64,000 nt of DNA, from the IMG/VR virus record IMGVR_UViG_3300032296_004100. One strand, 5' to 3'. Positions within the stretch are counted from its first letter, which is position 1. The number at the start of each line of letters is the position of its first letter. Below the pieces are notes generated by a model. The model searched no databases, was not told the DNA's origin, and saw only the letters and a program-made list of their open reading frames with translations. This document shows positions 10,854-21,611 of the stretch, one piece after another. The position numbers and the translations under genes were made by a program. Source of the DNA: an uncultured virus (IMG/VR IMGVR_UViG_3300032296_004100). Its lineage: Duplodnaviria > Heunggongvirae > Uroviricota > Caudoviricetes.

Positions 10854-11924
10854 TTATCCCTTATTTTCTATGGTGTAATATCCATAACCATAGTTTATTA
10901 ACCCTGAAAGGGTAGATACCTCACCCAATCTTTGAATTTGTTGGTAAACAGTGTTTTTACCCCTTTCAACAAATACAGTGGTAATAATCTGTGGTTGGTC
11001 CTGAATTTTAATTAACAACTCGTCCTTTGTTATCGGCACGGCAGTTAACATATCACTTGTAAACCCACTACTATTTTGGAAGTAGATACTCGACCCATCC
11101 GAATAGTCATAGTAATTTGTATCTTGAATGGTATATGCAGTAAACACCGAATTCATATCGGTAATCACCCCATAAGGTTGAGCGTTTTGGAAAACAGGAA
11201 CACCAACTTGGTATTCAACAGGTCCATACAATGCAAGTTCCGTTACCCTTGATGATGTTAATCCCGAAACAACAAAAGGGACTTGAGTATATCCTGAAGA
11301 AATTTCACTCTCCACAGTGTTAACCGCATCTCCTGAGAAAATGTAATCGTAACTCACAGGTGTGTTAGCCCAACTTCCCCCCAAAGGAGTAAAGAACGCC
11401 CTACCTAACGGGTTATAAATAACCGCATTGGTAAATGGTACTTGGATAACCTTTGAAACAGTGTTAACCCCAAACGGAGTGGTCTGTTTCATAGTAATTG
11501 TATACCCCGAAGTTGTATTAGGATAAACATGGGATAAAGTATCACCAGTGAAAATCTCGTCGGGGGTATTATCCCCCCAGTTTATCGTATAGGCAGCAAG
11601 TCCCAAGTAAGTGGCCGCCCTATCGGAAGAATTGTAAACGGTATAGACATACGGAGAGGTTGTAGCTGCCGTGAAAATAAAATTCGTCACCACATCTTTC
11701 TGCTCTGCAGCTCCATCAAACGGAGAGTAGTATCCCAAATCAATGGTGGTCTCGGTGAGCATAATACACAAACTAAGTCCCGTCATAATGGAACTACCGT
11801 TTGTACCCCCACTTAAAATCTGAGACATTCCTGAGTAAACCCCAACGGTCTCACCACTTATATCAACAAAAGATAAATCTGATGTGATATTCGCTGGTCC
11901 AACAACAAAACGATAATCAGCCAT
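10854..11924 (-). CDS. Putative virion protein with PKD-like domain
   Basis: YTINWGDNTP...LSHVYP...YTIT matches the PKD WGD pattern. Confidence 0.6.
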   Translation of the reverse strand: MADYRFVVGPANITSDLSFVDISGETVGVYSGMSQILSGGTNGSSIMTGLSLCIMLTETTIDLGYYSPFDGAAEQKDVVTNFIFTAATTSPYVYTVYNSSDRAATYLGLAAYTINWGDNTPDEIFTGDTLSHVYPNTTSGYTITMKQTTPFGVNTVSKVIQVPFTNAVIYNPLGRAFFTPLGGSWANTPVSYDYIFSGDAVNTVESEISSGYTQVPFVVSGLTSSRVTELALYGPVEYQVGVPVFQNAQPYGVITDMNSVFTAYTIQDTNYYDYSDGSSIYFQNSSGFTSDMLTAVPITKDELLIKIQDQPQIITTVFVERGKNTVYQQIQRLGEVSTLSGLINYGYGYYTIENKG

Positions 11925-12756
11925 TTGGTCCTACATATTCATACCATTTTATGGGAGTTGTTGTACCTACTCTATCAAAGGTTATTATGTCATAAACGAC
12001 ATATTTTTGGCTCGGATAATCCAACTTATACAAGTAGTAAAAATTGAAAGTATTATTCACCGAAAAAGAATTGATGTTCTGAAGACTCTGTGGACGATTA
12101 ATCATCCTAACAAATTGACCTGTCTTAGCATTGTAAAACTTGCAAGAAACATAAAACTCATCCAAGTTAATGTATTCCCTCGATTTTAACCAATACAAGA
12201 AAAACCCATCAGTATCACCAACAAAATCCAAAGAATATGCTGGTTTGTTAATTAAAACATTCTCACCTTGCATAACAACCGGCATCTGTTCTCCCTGAGT
12301 GGTGGGGATAATAACCGTCAAATAGTTGGTCTGACCTACCTGACTTGGTGAATTGTAAAAGTCTAACTTAAAGAAACTCTTACTAAACGCATTTGAATAA
12401 TAATAAATTTCATTGTAGGTAAAACCCTCCGCATTATAATCACTAACCCAATTCTGAGTTGACCCCGTTCCATTGATTGTCCCACCCGAGAAGAAATTAA
12501 ACTCGTAATTAATACTTGTTCTAATTGTTGAGGGGGGTTGAATCACATTTATGATGGGAGGAATAAAAGTATATCCCGAGTGAGAAAACCTTGTTGTTTC
12601 AAAATCAATTCCCAAACCAGCAATATCCTGATTGATTTGAGCCTCTAATTTATTAATCTCATTTTCAGTATCCAACAACTCCCAATCGAGCATAACAGGA
12701 ATCTGAAGAACTTTGTCTTCATTGGTTAAACCCAATTTAATCTGATACTTATTCAC
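11917..12756 (-). CDS. Hypothetical phage structural protein
   Basis: 279-aa aromatic-rich ORF overlapping both neighbours by 8 nt. Confidence 0.6.
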   Translation of the reverse strand: MNKYQIKLGLTNEDKVLQIPVMLDWELLDTENEINKLEAQINQDIAGLGIDFETTRFSHSGYTFIPPIINVIQPPSTIRTSINYEFNFFSGGTINGTGSTQNWVSDYNAEGFTYNEIYYYSNAFSKSFFKLDFYNSPSQVGQTNYLTVIIPTTQGEQMPVVMQGENVLINKPAYSLDFVGDTDGFFLYWLKSREYINLDEFYVSCKFYNAKTGQFVRMINRPQSLQNINSFSVNNTFNFYYLYKLDYPSQKYVVYDIITFDRVGTTTPIKWYEYVGPNG

Positions 12757-14443
12757 AATCGTCTATTATTGGTTGAACTGCAATGTTGAATCCACTCAAC
12801 AGATTTTGGAAGTTTCCACCCTCAGGAATCAACCTGAATATCTGATTTGAGAACGGATAATGTGCTCGGTTTAGGTATGGGAAGTTAACTCCTCGGTCTA
12901 ATTCATCAAACTCCCCATATAAATAAGGTTCTCTAAATCTAAAAGTTTGGTCTTGGGAAGAAAAATATGCCCAATTTGGAATGTTTTCGACCCCTTGGGC
13001 AGGTGCGGTTTCGATATAATCTGAAAATACTTTGACCACCATAGGATTATGAGGGAGGTAATAGTACCCTTGAGAATTGAATGTTGGGTTTGACTCTGTT
13101 GTAAAAATATCTTGATTAAAATTAATTTTTTGTACATATCTCGACACCACCAACTCTGTTTGAGTGTAGTCGTTCCACTCACAATAATCACCATCAATTA
13201 ATTCACCCTCATTTAATACCCTGTTGTAGTAGAAAGTTTCAGTTGTTCCGTTGGTTAGTGTATAAGAATCAACAGGGATATTTGTATAACAGTCTTGATT
13301 GCTATCTGACCACCAACTATCAGAGATATTTTGAATGTTAAATACCCACCCCTGTTTTAACCCAACCCCATTGTTTGGCTTGTTAAAATACCCACTATAA
13401 CCTTTGTTGACCACTGACAAAAATATTTCACCAACAGGTCTATTTTGGTTATCGGTAATACCACTTAAAACCACATCTTGTGATACGGTTACTGTGTAAG
13501 TTAAAGAGCTCGTTTTTTGAGAAATTCTTGTGATATCATTGGGAGTAATTGAGCTGTATTCTAGTTTTCTTTCATTGGGAAATCCATTGAGTTCAAACCC
13601 TGTTTTATTAACAATTACATTATTCTCATTTAATAATATTCTGTTTTTTCTTACATAATATTTTGAACGGGTCTCGATTAGATTGTTTGGGTCCAAAACC
13701 CTTTTAAAGGTACCAGTTATACCATTAGCAAAAGTGTTTCCTGTATATCCTATATTCAAGATATTAAACACAAAATTCGAACTATCATAATTTGAATTAC
13801 CAAATGAAAATACTTCAAAGACGGTCTGTTGGTCATAACCAAATGAAAACTCAACAAAATTTCCTTCAATCAAGTTATGTGGCATTAAACATTGGAATGA
13901 TATGATATTTGCACCACCTTGTGTGGATGCCGATACTATAAAAGGGATACCATCACCCGACAACCAATTTATTGTGGTGTTTTCATATGTTCCTTCCATA
14001 GGTATGTCATAATCGTTCAAAGCCGCATATGTAATATAGTAAGACCAGTTGTAGGTATACGCACTCGAGGCCTGATAGTCAAAATGCCCATCATTAACAT
14101 TGGGACGGAACATATCAAATTCATAAAACTGAGGGAACCCTCTCCAAACACCACTTAGTTTAGATTGTGTTGGGTCAACATAATATAAATTGTTCTTAAA
14201 TGGATTATACTCAGTGGTTCCCGTATATGTATTATCATACAAATATTGAATCTTAAATGTCGGTCTAAATCTCTGTGATGCTTGTCTTTCATCATCATAC
14301 AACTGAGTAAGAGAAATTGCGTTATTTCTCACATATTGTGTCAACTCTTTTTGAGTTTGATTCAAATCTATAGTAAGTTTTTGGTCAACGATTGGCGCCG
14401 ACTTAAATTGTAATTGAGATGGAATAAGTTCAAATCTATTCAT
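12749..14443 (-). CDS. Hypothetical phage structural protein
   Basis: 564-aa ORF overlapping both neighbours in the baseplate cluster. Confidence 0.6.
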   Translation of the reverse strand: MNRFELIPSQLQFKSAPIVDQKLTIDLNQTQKELTQYVRNNAISLTQLYDDERQASQRFRPTFKIQYLYDNTYTGTTEYNPFKNNLYYVDPTQSKLSGVWRGFPQFYEFDMFRPNVNDGHFDYQASSAYTYNWSYYITYAALNDYDIPMEGTYENTTINWLSGDGIPFIVSASTQGGANIISFQCLMPHNLIEGNFVEFSFGYDQQTVFEVFSFGNSNYDSSNFVFNILNIGYTGNTFANGITGTFKRVLDPNNLIETRSKYYVRKNRILLNENNVIVNKTGFELNGFPNERKLEYSSITPNDITRISQKTSSLTYTVTVSQDVVLSGITDNQNRPVGEIFLSVVNKGYSGYFNKPNNGVGLKQGWVFNIQNISDSWWSDSNQDCYTNIPVDSYTLTNGTTETFYYNRVLNEGELIDGDYCEWNDYTQTELVVSRYVQKINFNQDIFTTESNPTFNSQGYYYLPHNPMVVKVFSDYIETAPAQGVENIPNWAYFSSQDQTFRFREPYLYGEFDELDRGVNFPYLNRAHYPFSNQIFRLIPEGGNFQNLLSGFNIAVQPIIDDCE

Positions 14444-17400
14444 CGGCTAAGTATTTTGATTTGAATCTATCAAGTGCAGTTGCCCCTTTTATTAAACCAA
14501 AATAATAAAAGTTTGGTGCACCCACCGCAAAGACCTCTGGGTAATTTCCCGCCGTTGTTGAGTAGTTTCCATTAGTGTCAACATTAAAAATGTATCCTCT
14601 AGCATCGATGTCGTTTAATTGAGAATTGGAGCCAAGAAAATATGATGGTTGAGATGGGGCGGTTCTATCGAGTGATTGGTAATTCTTACTAAAAATGTCA
14701 CTGTTATCAGTTGCCCAGTCGTTACTTTGTGTTCCAAAAATACCAACCTCATTTCCCAAATTCAACACTTGATTTATGGAAGACCATAATTGAGCAACGT
14801 CATCTCTTCTCCAACGATAAAAAGGTACCCTTTGAGATTTTAAATCATAATAATATGGAAATGCGTTTGATGAGGGTGTTGGTCTGAAATTAATTCTTCC
14901 TGGGGACAAGAAGTCTTTATACTGTAAGTCTTCAGTGGTTGAGGAAAAGAAAACCCCCATAATAGAAAAACCATTGGGATTTCTAGAGATATAAATCGGA
15001 TTGTTTGGGTCATTTGGGTCATCTTGATAACTTTGTGAACTAAATTTAATTACACCGAACTCCGAATTGATTGAGAGCAACTGAGTAATATCACCATCAA
15101 GTCTAAGAATTGGTCTTGAGAACAAAGTATTTATTACTGCATTAGTTCCTACAACTCCGCTAATCAGCACCAAAAATTGTAAATATTTTGCATTTGTCAT
15201 TCTTGTAATTACAAATAAGTTCAATAAATCACTTGTGTCACCATAACTCGATGGTGTTAAAACATCCATTACAAATCCATCGTCAGATGGATTTAAAGTA
15301 ATCTCTTTGAAAATAGCAGTTTTGGGACCAAGGTTCATGATGGTTGCAGGGGTTTTTAAACTATAATCGTTTAATGAACCAGTAAGTGGATTATTCAATT
15401 TTCCGATAAAACTATCGGTTGTTGGACTATAGGGACTGCTTCTGTAATAAAAATTATTACTATCTTCGTTATAATAGATTAAATCTTTACAGAAAACTCT
15501 TCTAGAAATCTGATTGTTTCCCCCATAGAGTGTTCTTACAGCAAAAGGAAATGTATACAAACTTCCATTTACCCAGTTATTTGTAAAAGTTTGGGAAACC
15601 ACACCTTGGCACAAAGCATAAATAAATCTATATCTTAATCCCCACTCTGTAAATGCCAATAAATCTTTTGGCAAACCTATTAATGGTCTTTTTGCAAAAA
15701 CAAAACAACCACGTTCAATTCTATCTTCTTCAGCACAGTTAGTATCGACTACCAAGGCGTTATTAACGTTCGAATAACAATTCAAACTAACCATGTTTTC
15801 ACACGAGAACGTTTCTGTAATATTTAGTGCGTTTGGTAAATCTTCAATGTCATTGCCTACAATACTTGCTCCCGAACCGTAGGTAGTTGTTACAATACCC
15901 TCTCCTCCAGTGTCAAGAAGATACATGGTAAAGCCACGGTTCATCTGAAGAACAGGAACAACGGAATCCAGAGCGTAACCATCTAAGAAATCAGAAGATG
16001 GTAAACGGTCAGTTCTTAGTACATTTTTACTTTTGTTAGAAATATTAACTTTTGTGTTTGGTGTATTAACCGTTGGTAAAAGAGAAAAGCTATAATAAAC
16101 ACTATTAGCATTGTTTGGATTATTATCTAATTCAATCCAGTAGAAGTCACCTCCAGACAAGTCTTCAGTAGCGTCATATTTTGCAGGGTTCGGTGTGGTG
16201 CTAAAGGCATCATTTGTGGGTTTACTCACAACAATTTCAACCGATGAATTTATTAGTGTGTTCAAATACCAGTTTGAAACCCAACCCATTTGACCTGTGG
16301 TTATTAATGGTGTGTTTAAAGGTCCAACAGAGGGATTGTTGTAGATTGAATAGTTTCTATTACCATCAATGGCACTATAATAACCAACGTTACTTGTTGT
16401 GAAAGCAGAGTAATTATTGCCCGCCTCAAAGAAATAGGATGAGTAGAAAATATTATTTTGCGAATTGTGATTCTGCACTGAAATCCCCCCCGATGGTAAA
16501 GACTTAATCGGTATGTTTAATCTGGTCTGTGCTGTGAATGTCAAAGCATTTTCATTTCCAAGTCCAAGGATATTTCCAATACCATACCTGTTAACATATA
16601 GTGGCGAATATGGGTCAACACCCCTTTGAAGTATCAAAACATATTGGTTTTCAAAACCATTAAAAAAATCTCGAGTTTTGACGTTCAAAGCGGTTTGAGA
16701 ATCCCAGCTACCAAAATCTCTGCGTGACCAATCAATTTCTGTAGAGGAATTTAATATTTTTAAGAATCCATCAAATGGGTTGGGTGGTTGACAGTTTCCT
16801 TGTGGGGTTACGCTTCCATTACCTTGAATAATTTGTGGTGCTGTAGAGGCACAAATTGTTTGAACTCCTTGTTGATATATCCCAAGGGTCGGGTCATAAA
16901 CCGATGTAACGGTTGTTTGTTGATTATTACCAGAACAATCTACGTATGTCACAGTAACTAACTGTTGAATATTTGGATTTAAATCTGTTTCCAAAAGATA
17001 TTGTAAACAATTTGGTGTCCCACCACCCGAAGCCAAAGCAAAAGCATCACTAACGGTAATTGCGGTAAGCACTTGGTAATATTCCAAGTCAGCAGGAAAC
17101 TTGTAATTGTTTATAGTAGAACCAGTGTTTAGAAAGTAGGTTTGTGTTGCGTTGACTGTCTGACTTGTGGCATAGGTGACTGACAAAGGCCCACCATTAG
17201 GTAGAAGGGTTGTTCCGCTTATACCTAAAAATTCTGTGTTACCCGTATAGAGAAAGTTTTTATCTTCCGTTTTGTCAATACCAACAAATGTCAACAAAGT
17301 ACCTGCCGCAAGTGAAGATTGAGTCAATACGGTCAAGGTATTGTCAAAGTGTTGAATTGTTGCATTGTTAGGGTTGTCAAAACTTACACTTATTTTATTT

Positions 17401-19670
17401 ACACCATCAAAGTATTTTTTTCTAGTGTTGAAAACATTTATTCTCTGCGCCATGGGAATGTCACTAGAGATTGCGAATACTTTTTTTGGAACTCCAAAAG
17501 AATTTTGCGTATCTGGTAGTCTTGAAATTTGTGATTCAGTAGAATTGTATTGGGCCAATTTTTTCGTATCTGCAGTTCTAGTTCCTATAGCTTCAGCAAA
17601 TATCAAAGATAGGGTTGAAGCGTTAGCATCACTAGGCTCTCCGTCATCACCAATTTTTTCAGGTGGTAATCCAGAATAACTCTCTAAAGCTTCAAAATAC
17701 AAGCCACTTTGTGTAAGTGGACTCAAAAGAGATGACGGAGTGGAATCCCCAGCACCATCCAAACTTGGGGTTGCACAATCACAATTCTGACACTCAGGAT
17801 AAGTTATCATAGGAAGTTTAAGGGGACCAAACCTAAGAAACTGAACAACCCTCTGCAACAAGTTACTTAGCCTCTGCCCACCAAGTAAGAGAGTAACACC
17901 AGCAAGAATCAAAGGAATTCCAGCACCGCCAAAAATCGCTAGAGCACTACCGATAACCAATAAGGCATAAGCAACGATATTTTGGAATCTTACAACAAGT
18001 TGAATAAGAGGTACGATGAATGTGTTAACAACAAATGCTAAAACATGGTAAATAATTAAAATATAGGGGAATAATAATTGAATGAATTGCATCAAAATGG
18101 CAAACAAAAAAAACTGAGCACTAAAGTTCTTTACTCCATCATTCACCGGAAACTTATTCACCGTTGTTTCACAATCACTATTCCCAATTTCCTTGATACC
18201 TATAAATCTTCCTCTGTTAATCCCCCTCTTATACTGGTCAATAAGTCCTGCTGGGGTATAAACCTTGTTATACTCCAACTCATAGAAAGTATCTTGACAA
18301 TTAATAGCCGCTTGTAACTTTTGATTTGAAACTGTTGCAGATTCTGCATCTGTATACCCTGTCCAGTCTAAACCAAAATAATAAGAACTAGCGAGTTCTC
18401 GGCTCGTATTCAATGAGTTGTTATAGTTTGGGTCAATAACTGGTGTTCTCCACCCATATTCCCTAATATTTGGTAGTAGATAATAAGCTCTTTTAACTGG
18501 CTCTGTATCAGTGGGCGCTTGTTGCCACTTTACTTTAAAACGATATTTTCCCTTTGTTGGAATACCTACTCGAGGGTCCCTAGAAAAGATTCTTTGCCCT
18601 TCTTCGTTAGTTGTAATATAATCCATATTCATAGGAACCTCAACAAGCCAAGTTCCGTTATCATCAATTACATTACCAGAATTTTCCAACCGGTATTCCT
18701 CAAGAATTGGCCTACCCTGGTCGTCCTGAACAATGGTTTGTCTGACAGCTAACAACTGTCCTGGCCCGGTGGTTAAATCACAAAGATTACCCATGTTATC
18801 TTTAGGCTTACATCCTGCCGTTAGTAAGGATGGTGGATTGTTTCCAAATCCCAATGGTGCCGCAATTTTAAATTCGTCACCAGTTGAGTAAATTGAACCC
18901 ATAAAAACCGTTGTAGGTTGTATATCAATATTTGCCTCATCTCTAAGGTCAAAGTCAATACGACTAATTGAAGATTGACAAATTTCAGGTTCACCCCAAA
19001 AAGGCGCAACTTCGAAAACTTTTGTGATATTAACAATTTGAGGGAGAGTATCTAAATCTGATGAAGTTCTAAAAGTGTTTCCTGCGACTTGTGCTTCTGT
19101 AGCACGACCGATTCTAATTAAATCTTGTGGTGTAAGGGAAAATTCCCCAATATCACTAAGGTCTAAATCCATAACAATGGTTTGTTGCCCCACAGGGACT
19201 CCCAATATCATGAAATCACCACTTTCATTTGTCTTAACGGTAAATTTGTAATACTTGTCGTAGATATCCACAACAACAGGGTCTTCTAAAACATCCTCCC
19301 TTGAGGGGAATGTTCCTGTGGCTGCGTGAGTAGAATATGATTGTAAATAAGGTAGAAGATTAAATCTATACCCATCAACATTTTTATCATTAGGTTGAGT
19401 ATACGGATATAATTCAACAATCCTGTCATTAAGAGAATCAACCTCACTTATGGGTATAAAAATCGAAACTTTCGAATTGGGTATGCCGAATCCACTATTT
19501 GCTACAACTCTACCTACGACAACACCAAAATCAGCACAGTCTCGAGGATAAACATCATTCTGTGAAATCTGTAATGATAGAATTTCTAAGAACTCAAAAT
19601 CTTGGTCTAATTGAAATGTAAGGTTTCTATCTACTCCAACTTTTGTGTTTATTCTAAATGATTGTCCCAT
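14436..19670 (-). CDS. Large virion-associated protein with N-terminal carboxypeptidase-regulatory-like/CnaB-type fold and central hydrophobic helices
   Basis: GVVVGRVVANSGFGIPNSKVSIF...TNESGDFMILGVPVG pattern at the N-terminus; an ~80-aa hydrophobic stretch mid-protein. Confidence 0.55.
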   Translation of the reverse strand: MGQSFRINTKVGVDRNLTFQLDQDFEFLEILSLQISQNDVYPRDCADFGVVVGRVVANSGFGIPNSKVSIFIPISEVDSLNDRIVELYPYTQPNDKNVDGYRFNLLPYLQSYSTHAATGTFPSREDVLEDPVVVDIYDKYYKFTVKTNESGDFMILGVPVGQQTIVMDLDLSDIGEFSLTPQDLIRIGRATEAQVAGNTFRTSSDLDTLPQIVNITKVFEVAPFWGEPEICQSSISRIDFDLRDEANIDIQPTTVFMGSIYSTGDEFKIAAPLGFGNNPPSLLTAGCKPKDNMGNLCDLTTGPGQLLAVRQTIVQDDQGRPILEEYRLENSGNVIDDNGTWLVEVPMNMDYITTNEEGQRIFSRDPRVGIPTKGKYRFKVKWQQAPTDTEPVKRAYYLLPNIREYGWRTPVIDPNYNNSLNTSRELASSYYFGLDWTGYTDAESATVSNQKLQAAINCQDTFYELEYNKVYTPAGLIDQYKRGINRGRFIGIKEIGNSDCETTVNKFPVNDGVKNFSAQFFLFAILMQFIQLLFPYILIIYHVLAFVVNTFIVPLIQLVVRFQNIVAYALLVIGSALAIFGGAGIPLILAGVTLLLGGQRLSNLLQRVVQFLRFGPLKLPMITYPECQNCDCATPSLDGAGDSTPSSLLSPLTQSGLYFEALESYSGLPPEKIGDDGEPSDANASTLSLIFAEAIGTRTADTKKLAQYNSTESQISRLPDTQNSFGVPKKVFAISSDIPMAQRINVFNTRKKYFDGVNKISVSFDNPNNATIQHFDNTLTVLTQSSLAAGTLLTFVGIDKTEDKNFLYTGNTEFLGISGTTLLPNGGPLSVTYATSQTVNATQTYFLNTGSTINNYKFPADLEYYQVLTAITVSDAFALASGGGTPNCLQYLLETDLNPNIQQLVTVTYVDCSGNNQQTTVTSVYDPTLGIYQQGVQTICASTAPQIIQGNGSVTPQGNCQPPNPFDGFLKILNSSTEIDWSRRDFGSWDSQTALNVKTRDFFNGFENQYVLILQRGVDPYSPLYVNRYGIGNILGLGNENALTFTAQTRLNIPIKSLPSGGISVQNHNSQNNIFYSSYFFEAGNNYSAFTTSNVGYYSAIDGNRNYSIYNNPSVGPLNTPLITTGQMGWVSNWYLNTLINSSVEIVVSKPTNDAFSTTPNPAKYDATEDLSGGDFYWIELDNNPNNANSVYYSFSLLPTVNTPNTKVNISNKSKNVLRTDRLPSSDFLDGYALDSVVPVLQMNRGFTMYLLDTGGEGIVTTTYGSGASIVGNDIEDLPNALNITETFSCENMVSLNCYSNVNNALVVDTNCAEEDRIERGCFVFAKRPLIGLPKDLLAFTEWGLRYRFIYALCQGVVSQTFTNNWVNGSLYTFPFAVRTLYGGNNQISRRVFCKDLIYYNEDSNNFYYRSSPYSPTTDSFIGKLNNPLTGSLNDYSLKTPATIMNLGPKTAIFKEITLNPSDDGFVMDVLTPSSYGDTSDLLNLFVITRMTNAKYLQFLVLISGVVGTNAVINTLFSRPILRLDGDITQLLSINSEFGVIKFSSQSYQDDPNDPNNPIYISRNPNGFSIMGVFFSSTTEDLQYKDFLSPGRINFRPTPSSNAFPYYYDLKSQRVPFYRWRRDDVAQLWSSINQVLNLGNEVGIFGTQSNDWATDNSDIFSKNYQSLDRTAPSQPSYFLGSNSQLNDIDARGYIFNVDTNGNYSTTAGNYPEVFAVGAPNFYYFGLIKGATALDRFKSKYLADE

Positions 19671-19766
19671 TCAAGGTTTTAATGATAAATATTTATGGTG
19701 TTTTTTTTTGAAAAAAACAGTTTTACTTAAATAAAATATACCCCGATTGGAAATTAAATAAAGGTG

Positions 19767-21605
19767 TTAAGAAAAAGAAACATTTTGTAAGTTTTTAACC
19801 CTCACAACAATATCTTTTTGAGGATATCTAACTTGATATATCTGATTTGGCTCAGCAAAAATTGTGTCATCAACTGGTTGTATAATCCGTAACTCGGGGT
19901 CCGAATATGCCATTGATGTTTCCGATGAAGAATATTGTCCACCAACTTTGTTTTCGATTGTAATATCAGCAACTGTAATAACACCTGTAGTACCTTGGAC
20001 AATACTTCTAAGTTGGGATAGGTAAACATTTCCACCCAATTCTCTACTAAGTGGATTAAAGTAATCCGATATTCTATTTACAACTTCTGAAATAATTTGT
20101 CCTGAGTTTTGTGTTGCATCCAAAACCACTGACAAATCAACACCTAAATCAATCACATCCGCAGTTGTCACTTGAATGTAGTCATTTATCATACGATAGT
20201 TTGACAAATAATTGGCAACATTTTGTCTAAGTGTATTAGAAACAATATTAGTTAATTTACCTGAAGTGTCATACGATAAAAGATTAATTAAAATCTTATT
20301 ATTATTTTCAGTAATAGATACTTTTGCGGGAGCACCAAATTGACTTGGCATATTTCTCAACAATGATTCGTAATCATTAACTGTCACCGCTCTTTTTTGT
20401 GCTGAGAAATTAAATGATACATAGTTTCTAACTTCTTCGGTTGTGGGAACATTTGACCCACCAATTGCTGCGGTAGGATTATTACATCTTAATGAATTGA
20501 TTACCGAACTGTTAATGGTTTGTGAGGGTCCATTCACAAAAAATGAAACAGTTCCAATTTGATTAATAACATTTGTACCAATGTTAGTTGCCAATCCACC
20601 ACCGATTCGGTATTGTACAAATAGAGTTGAGTTTGGAATCAAAGTTGAACCGAGTGAAAAGTTATTAGATAAAGATTGTAAATTGACTGGTGTACCCAAG
20701 TTTGTAAACGCATTCAATTGGTCTTGTGCCGAAGTTGTTCCACCACCAAAAGTTAACTTTAAAAACCCTTCAGGCGTATATTCAGTAATAAATCTGTTGT
20801 TAGTTTGAATATATCTACCAACTTTAAGACCTGGTTGGTCAGAAACTTTAGTGGGGTCTTCAATAAAAACTCTGTCTTCGGCAAGTGCGTCGACTTCTAA
20901 TAATCGGTTTTCTAAACCAATAAATTCCGATGCTGTTGGAACATTTGTGTAATTGGTTCCTGATTTTTGCAGAACACTGGTAACCCCCAATACATTCTTT
21001 TCGGGCAGAAATAATTCAAAAAATGGTCTGACATCACTCGCATTAATAACTCTTTTGAATACTTTAGTAATACCATTAACAACAAGTTCTCTTTTAGTGA
21101 TTGTATAATTAATTAAATTTCCGTTAGCATCAAAGTTTGGAATTTTCGTTCTGTTTGGAAATCCCGAACTATTATATGGGGAGGCAAAATCCACATCATT
21201 TTGATTTTCAAATGCAATTCCGGCCCCAAAGACCTGAGAACCTCTTGTCAATATACCAAGATATCTTTCATCTTCTTTATCACCAAAAGCAGGTACTGTA
21301 ATCGAATAATCAACCAATGCTACTGATGGTCTTTGACCTGGAATCTTAAGACCATATGTTCTTGCAATATTATAAATTGATGACCTTTGTTGTGCAAATT
21401 GGAGTACTGTTTCTTGAATACTCCTATCAATGTTATAATGTAAGTTATCGGCAACAGCAGCATTTAAATCTAAAAACACCGAGAATACTGACGCATCGTT
21501 AAAATCTTGAATTAGTTCAGGGTAATAAGACCTGACATAATTTTGTAATTCGATTCTAATACTTTCGTAATCTCTCGCAGTATAGGAAATTCTGTTGTTA
21601 GCCAT
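19767..21605 (-). CDS. Baseplate wedge subunit (T4 gp6/Baseplate J-like)
   Basis: DYESIRIELQNYV...LHYNIDRSIQET.LQFAQQRSSIYNIARTYG at the N-terminus; AQKRAVTVNDY motif; adjacent to a gp25-like gene. Confidence 0.85.
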   Translation of the reverse strand: MANNRISYTARDYESIRIELQNYVRSYYPELIQDFNDASVFSVFLDLNAAVADNLHYNIDRSIQETVLQFAQQRSSIYNIARTYGLKIPGQRPSVALVDYSITVPAFGDKEDERYLGILTRGSQVFGAGIAFENQNDVDFASPYNSSGFPNRTKIPNFDANGNLINYTITKRELVVNGITKVFKRVINASDVRPFFELFLPEKNVLGVTSVLQKSGTNYTNVPTASEFIGLENRLLEVDALAEDRVFIEDPTKVSDQPGLKVGRYIQTNNRFITEYTPEGFLKLTFGGGTTSAQDQLNAFTNLGTPVNLQSLSNNFSLGSTLIPNSTLFVQYRIGGGLATNIGTNVINQIGTVSFFVNGPSQTINSSVINSLRCNNPTAAIGGSNVPTTEEVRNYVSFNFSAQKRAVTVNDYESLLRNMPSQFGAPAKVSITENNNKILINLLSYDTSGKLTNIVSNTLRQNVANYLSNYRMINDYIQVTTADVIDLGVDLSVVLDATQNSGQIISEVVNRISDYFNPLSRELGGNVYLSQLRSIVQGTTGVITVADITIENKVGGQYSSSETSMAYSDPELRIIQPVDDTIFAEPNQIYQVRYPQKDIVVRVKNLQNVSFS

Positions 21606-21611
21606 ATAATC

